Shown here in pieces: positions 55,175 to 64,000 of a DNA stretch of 64,000 nt. The notes beneath the pieces are model-generated. The model searched no databases and was not told the DNA's origin. It saw only the letters and a program-made list of their open reading frames with translations. The DNA is from Octopus sinensis (taxonomy: Eukaryota). How positions within the stretch are numbered: position 1 is the first letter of the stretch; the number at the start of each line of letters is the position of its first letter. A program made the translations under genes and the position numbers. Location: NCBI RefSeq assembly GCF_006345805.1, contig NC_043015.1, positions 26,722,001-26,786,000 on the forward strand. The letters are read 5' to 3'.

Positions 55175-55573
55175 GTCACATGTGAATGAAATAAAAAATC
55201 GAAATCTCCAGATTTACAATATTGTATTGATAGATATCTAATATCCCATTAGATACAGTAATTTTTTTTTCTTCGCTCATCGTTTCCATCTCGAAAGCTT
55301 CAATTATCCCTCTATTCACAACGATTTATCGATGTTTGAACAATGCTCGGATATCAGATTCTTTCTGGCCCTTATTTTTCTTTATTATCTTGATTTTTCT
55401 TTGTGTGTCTTTTTTTATTATTTTTATTTTATTATTATTTTATTTCGGTTTCGGTTTCGAGGTTGTCGTTTCTTTGATTTCCTTCTTGTCTCTTCATAAA
55501 TATAGAAATAGTCTCAGAAAGTCAGTGATACGCTAGCGCATTCATAGATACATAAATATATTATATTATGAGA

Positions 55574-55662
<89 letters not shown>

Positions 55663-55714
55663 CATGCACATACACTCACACAGACACATATATACGTGTG
55701 TATGCACATTCTTT

Positions 55715-56400
55715 CACTCGTTACAGCTGTGCGGCTGCAGTCAGGCTGAAGCACCACCGTGATTTTGCTCTTTTACATACATTTCTTCGTTGGCTGATTT
55801 CTTTCGCCCAGGTTTTTGGCCCATTTGGTGTATGAGGGAGTTCCACACCACTGCCCTCCTCTGTACCTCATATTGAGTCATTGGTTGATCCAATATAGTG
55901 GGGAGGATTGTGTGCAGCGACATCTACGCCCACATTGTGTATGTTTCTGAAAGTTTGAGGATGGAGATTGAAGAGCTGTGAGCCTTTGAATCCCAAGCTA
56001 GTCCTGAATTTACATGGAGTGGACGGTACCTTTCATACAATGCAACGGTATACATTTCGGGTATTTGTATGACACTCAATACCGAAATTAGGTACTAACC
56101 ATTCCAGAATTTTCCATATGCAGATAATTATATATCTGTGGCACCTACGCTCAAGGGAAGGAAGTCATATATTGTTCAGCCCCTTCCTGTCGTTCATCTG
56201 TAGTTCGCCTGCTCCACTGTTACAATCTTTTGTAACTATGTAGTAACCATAGGTAAGAGCAGTAGTCCAGGCGGCTTAGAACAAATGTCCTCCACAAGAT
56301 CAACATAACCTCTTGGTCTCTTGTCTTCAAGGACCTTAGTATCCATCCTGCCAGTTGTCTGCACTCTGCTGCCATGTTGGTAATGTGAATATGAAATTAT
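55715..56400 (-). mobile_element. CR1-like LINE 3' region, fragmented
   Basis: CRQLAGWILRSLKTRDQEVMLILWRTFVLSRLDYCS; TSLGFKGSQLFNL; RAVVWNSLIHQ. Confidence 0.7.
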
Positions 56401-56732
56401 GCATTATTGAACATACTGATCTCCCAAGCCTCTCACTACATGCACACTGTGAGAAAGTCTAAAAACACAAGAAAGAACGAACCGAAAACAAACTATAAAT
56501 AGAAACGCGGGAAGTGTGTTAAGAATTGTCTCCCTTGAACCCGTTGGAGTGAGAACTAACAATACTTGACATGGTTAATTCTCCGGGAAAGGTTAATATT
56601 TGTAACATATAATGTTCAAAGCGGAGAATGTGGTTTTTTCCAGTTCCAGGATATGGAAACTTATCTAAATGCTTCCATTTAGTGAAATTTTCTAATCTAG
56701 AATTGAGTTGGTCAATAGAAGGCTTAGATTTT

Positions 56733-56771
<39 letters not shown>

Positions 56772-56836
56772 ATACACGTATAATCACATAGTAGCATTTG
56801 AATGCACACACACATATACTGATATTCTGTCCGACA

Positions 56837-57057
56837 AAGGCGGCGAGCTGGTAGAAACGTTAGTACGTCGGGCGAAATGCTTAGCGGTATTTCGTTTGCC
56901 TTTACGTTATGTGTTCAAATTCTGCCGTGGTCAACTTTGCCTTTCATCCTTTCGTGGTCGTTAGATTAAGTACGATTTGCGTACTAGGGTCGATCTAATC
57001 GACTGGCCCCTTCCCTCAAAAATTCGGGCCCGTGTCTAGAGTAGAAAAGGATATTAT
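56837..57057 (+). mobile_element. SINE family A
   Basis: aaggcggcgagctggtagaaacgttag head and family core. Confidence 0.88.
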
Positions 57058-59063
57058 GTCCAACATCAACAAGGCATAATCGAAAAACTTCTCATTCCCT
57101 TTCACTTTCTTCAATGTAAACAGTATACCACTAAGGACCCGTCTATCACTTGATGTGCAATGACTTACCGATCAGTGAAAATATCTGACGAAAATGAACC
57201 CTTTACATAACAAAGATTGCATAGAAAAGACGGCCACTCACAGAGCTGGAAACTGCTCCCAACAACTATTACAAGTCTTTCAAGTTCTTACAGGACACAT
57301 AATGGGGGACTGCTCTCGCATTTCAGATAGCGTTGTTTCTACACTTACAGAGAACTTGTACCCTATAAAAAAAAATGGCATAAACATACCTAATATACCC
57401 TCCAGTCTCTAGCTTACAGGATATTCTGTCTCCTCCTTTTATATTTTCGACCGATACTACAATTGTAGTCACTACTCGGAACAAACTGTCACGTGACACC
57501 CTCATCCCACCCGTTTCTCCTGACAATTCCCTACTTTCGTTTCCCTTAATATGTCAACAGGATGCGCCACTCTAACTCCTCTAATACTGGAATAATACAA
57601 CTCACTTAAGAGCTGGGCTGTTAAGACTATATCTCCTCTTCTTCTTCGCCCCATAGAGATCCTCTTCATATCAGTTTCAATGCAGAATTTATGATTTGTA
57701 GTCGCTTTTGTTTTTTATGACTCAATCATGGATGGATGGACAGCGTCCATGAGAGTTTTGCAGTGTCTCTGAGTCTTATGAAAGTAAGGAATATATCTTC
57801 AGAGCAATCTTACAGACATTGTATTTTAGTCACGCATCGAGTTTTGTATTCCCAAAATGAATCAGATGAAACAAAATATTTGAAGTGGAAATTGAAAAAA
57901 AATCTTTATTTCAGCAGAGAAGAAAGCGTATAGACATATTGTCTATACAAAGAAAGGAAGCATAAATACATATCCAGCAAATTAAATAGAAACCGTTTTG
58001 AAGAAAGGAGAGCAAGTATTGGATACATATGTCTACACACAAATATCTATTATGCGATACAATCTTGTTGGCATATAACTTTTGCTTACGTTTTGAAGAA
58101 CTTTTCTATTCTAGTTTCGCTTGTGATATTGGAGTATCCTATGTTTACAAAGATTCTAGACAACTTGAATCACTTGTAACTAGAGACAGAGAATATAGGT
58201 CGTTGAAAGGAACGTTTTTGCCGTTAGCTTCATTGATTTTAACTTGAATGTCTACTCGATATTTAATTTGATTAAGCTCTATTCTAATGTCCCGTGCGAA
58301 CGTTGTGACAAGCTCTGTTTGTCTATCAATGCTATAAATATCAACAGAATCCACATTCAGGTCAGCGACAAAAATGTCGCTTTTGGCATTGATTTTGCTG
58401 TCTTCATCTGACCCAAACATGCAACTTTGGCATTTTTTCAAAATGATTGACAACTGATTTTAATTCAAGACACACCATTTTACCAGGAGGCTCTTATTTA
58501 CGTTTACTAAGCAAAACCTATTTCTCACTCTGGCAGTCAATATTCACTTAATAGACTAATGCACATTGAGAACTGATCTCAGTTCAAAGTAAGCATTTTT
58601 ATTCTGAGGTTCTCATCGTGGGCCCTCTGTATCCTTAATCTATATGTCTATTGCAGTCAATTCAAAATATTGCCTTACGTAGCCTGTTATACTACTAACA
58701 ACTGATTCACTTCAAGACAAAGACCTTCATTAGGAAGCTATTATCCTGTACCTAAACTTAATTATGTCTATTGCATACGAATAAATTTACGATGTCGCCA
58801 AGTTGAGCTTGTTATAGCATTTCTAAATGACATCTTCCGAAGCAACCGACACCTTGGTCAAGTATTACCCCGACCCGATCCAATCTTTCTCCATGTGGTA
58901 GCTCTTGATTGTTATCACCGTTTATCCAGAAGTCATATCTAGTCGAGAAAAACAGTCATCAAAGTTTTTCCAACCGTGAACCATCTCATCAGCGTTTTTT
59001 TCTAGAACCAGGACCAGCTGTTGGTGTTTAAGCAGGTGACGAGAGGAAACTATCAACCAAAAT

Positions 59064-59119
<56 letters not shown>

Positions 59120-59135
59120 GGTGGTGGTGGTGGTG

Positions 59136-59195
<60 letters not shown>

Positions 59196-59806
59196 ATTAT
59201 CTTCAACACACGGCTGGAAAGCGTTTGATGGTAGGTTTGCTTAATAAAGATTGATCGCCACACACCCACACACACATTCATACTCCTGCAACTAAACAGT
59301 ATGAGGAGCCAACACAGGGACTGGTATATCGTTATTCAACTTACTAGAAGTAGCAGTCAAATCTCCGTGCAGCTACACACTGTTATCCTTAAAAAAGATG
59401 AAAACACTTTAAGAAAAGCAATCTTAGATAAAATCACTCTAAATTGGCCCACTGGTCGTACCTTGGGACATCGTTGATTATGTAACAACTGGACGCTTAT
59501 AAACAAAATCACAATGGGTTTCTGTGTTCTAAATAAACATAATGGATGGCTGATTATCTTTACAGAATTCTAATCTAACTTTTGGCATCGCAGAATTTTC
59601 TAGTGTATGTATGTCTACATATATTGGACAAAGACTTCGAAGAAACTTGAATAATATCTGTCAATTGTGTTTTAAACTGTCAGTCAGCAGCTGACCTGGA
59701 AAGTTATCTGACTGCTCAACATCAGAAGAATGGTGCTGTGAGATGGGGTGTGGTGGGTGTGTTGATGGGACCGTTATCATCTGTCAAGATGAAGCGATCA
59801 TCATAT

Positions 59807-59848
<42 letters not shown>

Positions 59849-60057
59849 CACTATAAAAATAGTAAAAATTTCCCCAGGAACTTAGTTCAATTTGAAAACT
59901 CCACTAGAATGGAAGAAAGCGCTAATATATGATATATGATGTATAAAAACATGTAATATACATATATCTGTAAATATAAAACCATCCGAATTTCTGAGTA
60001 CCTCATTTCTTCTAATATAAAATATCTGTACATCATCTCCAAACCTTCTAATATAAT

Positions 60058-60154
<97 letters not shown>

Positions 60155-60383
60155 TATTTAAACATAATAAATAACAATAGGGTAATAAGAATTATTATTA
60201 CCGGTACCCTATTGTTATTATTATTTATAAATATTCTTTGATAAATTTGTTCGAAATCTTTACCGGCATCCTCTCTGTCGCCGGGTATAATCTGCGTCTG
60301 CGCAGTGGTCTGAAAAGTTAGGATATACAGGCAGTTTGTTTTACATGTAGATCTGGCTGTGTGTATATTTGAAACCCAAAGGC

Positions 60384-60457
60384 TTTCCCACTGATGAAAA
60401 CTGGCCTTCAGCGAATATTTTTTTGCTGGAAATAGTAAGAAACCATGGTCCGGGAAA
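60384..60457 (+). ncRNA. Degenerate type I hammerhead motif
   Basis: TTTCCCA-CTGATGA-[imperfect helix II]-GAAAC-CATG-GTC-CGGGAAA. Confidence 0.5.
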
Positions 60458-60573
60458 TTGAGATGGTAAACGTTTTTAATTTTCATTCCTTTCGAGAATT
60501 TATCCTTAATTGGTGGTTTGAGATTTCTACTGCTCTTTCTAGCACAAGGCTTTCCTATTTGGAAGCCTCTTGT

Positions 60574-60659
<86 letters not shown>

Positions 60660-61696
60660 GGTATTTTATACGCAGCATATAAATACATTTTGTTTGTATG
60701 TATGTATATGAATGCATCTGTGCCAGACGGCCCTGCTGTTTCGAAAAGAAGAGTCGACATAATCTTCACAAAAAAAAACACAATTCAAATATAAAAGTGA
60801 AATGATCCTCCCTTCATGTTTTCTATAATATAATTCCCATTTAATGTTTGGTAATTGTTGTATAATCCAGTAAATAGCAGCTATTTCCGCTGAGGTGCTT
60901 TGAAGTTGGATATCTATATTAGGTTTAAAGGTAACGCACCGCTGGTAATTTGGCTCAAAGATGCATCAAATATATTGCTAATAATATGAGTTATTTTCTT
61001 CTCTCCGTTAAATGACATAATAAAATTTAATGTTTGTTTTTAAGTTTTATATAGCATGCATTGTGGCGTATAAAATAGCAACAATTATTACGTGTCTGAA
61101 CGCATATATACATAGAACCGAAAACAAATATATACATACTTATATACTTATATACCTATGTGTGTTTATCTATCTATCTGTCTATCAAACAATCTGTCTA
61201 TCTCTGTTTATATGTGTGTGTATATATATATATGTGTGTGTATATATATATATATATATTCATAAATATGTGTTCGTGCATGTGTGTATGTGTATTTGTG
61301 CGTATATATATATGTGTGTGCGTGTGTGTGTGTGTGTGAGTGTGTTTCGTGTGTAACTATTTAATCAACAGGTTTTGTACGAGAATATAACTGTTTTTCG
61401 GTAAAAACGAACGAATATTTCAGACGCAAATCAAACTGGTCACACGTTGTAGAAGATTAGTTCTATTTTCTTCACCTCTAAAAGGATACCCTCATACCAG
61501 TGAGTATCTAATTTTGAAATATTTTTCTTAGTCGATACGCTTCACCGAATGCGAAGTGGGGAACTTGACTAGTTCTTCGCTCCCGAGCAAAATAAATATG
61601 CAAAATTATTCATAGTTAGATAGATGCATGCATTTATAAATACACACACACGCGCACACACACACAAAGGCAACTACATACCTACACGGATATATA

Positions 61697-61930
61697 TCAG
61701 GCTGAGTAAAAAGTAAGCAACGTTTCGAAACATGCGTGGATCGTTTTCAATGACGATCTTTAATTGACTTCAAGGATCAGGTCTCCATTGTGAAATCGTT
61801 TAAACTTATTTTCGAGCTGACCACTCACTGGTCATTTCGTCAGCAAACATTTCGTTGATATCGCGAGCATTTTCAGATGCTTTGCGTCCTTTTTTGAAGC
61901 AAAATTGGTCGACTGTCGCGATTTAACCGT
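61697..61930 (-). mobile_element. Mariner deletion derivative (N-terminal remnant joined to a terminal repeat)
   Basis: KASENARDINEMFADEMTSEWSARK*FKRFHNGDL; TA-TCAGGCTGAGTAAAAAGTAAGCAAC terminus. Confidence 0.65.
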
Positions 61931-62249
61931 TCAATTTCAGATGATTGTAACAACGGTGGCAAAAATATCAATGTTAATTTATTAATGCATTTGGGCAAGT
62001 CTATGTCTGTATTATCAGACAATTGCAAAAAGATGTTTAAAGCAAATTCAAAACTCTGCAAAAATCCGGTAAAATTAGCGATGTTTTGAACCATGAAGAA
62101 TTATATTGTTATATTGTTATACACACATATACATGCACACAATATATATATATATAGATATATATATATATACACCTATATATGTATATGTGCATGTAAA
62201 TATACATACAAACATATATATAACTATATATATATATGTATATATATAT

Positions 62250-62339
<90 letters not shown>

Positions 62340-62804
62340 TATATATATATGCAATTTTTTCCAACACGCCTGCTAGATAAGTTAAATTTGTCTCAATTTG
62401 TCTAAAGTCGTAAAGACACCTGCTGTTATCCTGTTATTACCATTCTTGTTTTTATTTTTATGTTTGTTTTCGTTTTTTGTATTTATATTCGTGTGGCTTC
62501 GTCCGTTTTTCTGTCCTTGTTGCGTTTATATTCGTTCCTTTTTCCAAGAAATCTAATGCTCACAGCTTAGTTTTACCTTGGGGCTGGCCGCGTTGGAGCA
62601 AATATCAGAATTAATCAGCCGAAATTTGCTATGATGATCCGGTTTCTGACTGAAGATTAAAGGCTTCGAATGACCCGTTTGTTTACTGTGTTCGTCCCTT
62701 TATGTATTGCACGTTCTTGTTTCTTTATATATAATTTTTATACCTATATATATATATATGTATATATGTATATATATACATATATATACATATATATATA
62801 TGTA

Positions 62805-62823
62805 TATAGATAGATAGATAGAC

Positions 62824-62875
<52 letters not shown>

Positions 62876-62876
62876 C

Positions 62877-62954
<78 letters not shown>

Positions 62955-62955
62955 G
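62805..62955. repeat. (GATA)n microsatellite
   Basis: Direct reading. Confidence 0.97.
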
Positions 62956-63089
62956 ATATAAATATAGATATGGATTTATATGAATTTTGAACTATATATA
63001 CGCTCTTTAACAGAAAGAAACACGAAGAAATAAGCAGAGAGAGAATAAAAGAGCTAGCGGCCATACACACACACACACGTATATATATC

Positions 63090-63141
63090 TCATATATATG
63101 TGTGTGTGTGTGTGTGTGTATTATATCTCTATATATTTATA

Positions 63142-63183
<42 letters not shown>

Positions 63184-64000
63184 CATACATACACACACGC
63201 ATACATATACATACATACATACACATACACACACACATTCAGACATACATACATACACACACATACATACATATATATACACACATACACACACACATAC
63301 ATACATAGATACATACATACACAAACATACATATACATACATACATACACACACACATACACACACATACACACACACGCACGCATACATACATACATAC
63401 ACACACATACATACACACACACGTACATACATACATACATACATACATACACACACACATACACACATACATACACACACATACATACATACATACATAC
63501 ATACACACACATACACATACACACACATACATACATACATACATACGCACATACATACACACACATATACACACATACACACACACATACATACACGCAT
63601 GCACACATACATACATACATACATACACACACACACATACATACACACACATACATATACATACATACGTACACACACGCACATACACACATACACGCAT
63701 GCATAAATACATACATACACACATACGTACATACATATATACACACATACACACATACAAACATACACACACATACGTACACACATACATACATAGATAC
63801 ATACATACACATACATATACATACATACACACACACATACACGCATGCACACATACATACATACACATACACATACATACACACACACACTTACACACAT
63901 ACATACATACATACATACATACATACACACATATAAACATATAAACACACATATAAGCCTCTACATTGTACACACATGCACACATATATACATACATTCA
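63090..64000. repeat. Compound (CA)n/(CATA)n/(TA)n low-complexity tract
   Basis: Direct reading; explains the HTYI/CVYV ORFs. Confidence 0.97.

Noticed and set aside
63098-63997. Long ORFs of 200-278 aa (HTYI/CVYV-rich) and similar ORFs throughout the window
   Set aside because: Translations of (CA)n, (TA)n, (CATA)n and trinucleotide microsatellites that lack stop codons

Overview
Eukaryotic, AT-rich, repeat-saturated DNA. The SINE families and microsatellite load are most consistent with an octopus/coleoid cephalopod genome (recognised from memory, not from a search). I found no intact host protein-coding gene; nearly all long ORFs in the track are microsatellite translations or transposon remnants. 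Transposon content: two near-full-length and several fragmentary R4/Dong-like RLE retrotransposons, all on + and mostly abutting (TAA)n; L1/Tx1, RTE, CR1-like and Penelope-like remnants; mariner (DD34D), Tc1 (DD34E) and maT-type (DD37D) DNA transposons; and at least four SINE families. The most striking unexplained layer is a set of minimal type I hammerhead-ribozyme motifs with a 4-nt, mostly palindromic helix-III loop. Two pairs of these sit in divergent orientation inside inverted repeats: a spacer-less 523-bp palindrome (27891-28413) and a ~958-bp-arm inverted repeat (49464-52550). Another lies in a ~340-bp segment bounded by 15-bp direct repeats. Also noted: a compact CCAAT/E-box/TATA/Inr promoter-like island, a possible decayed LRR-like repeat-protein gene, and a pre-miRNA-sized hairpin.
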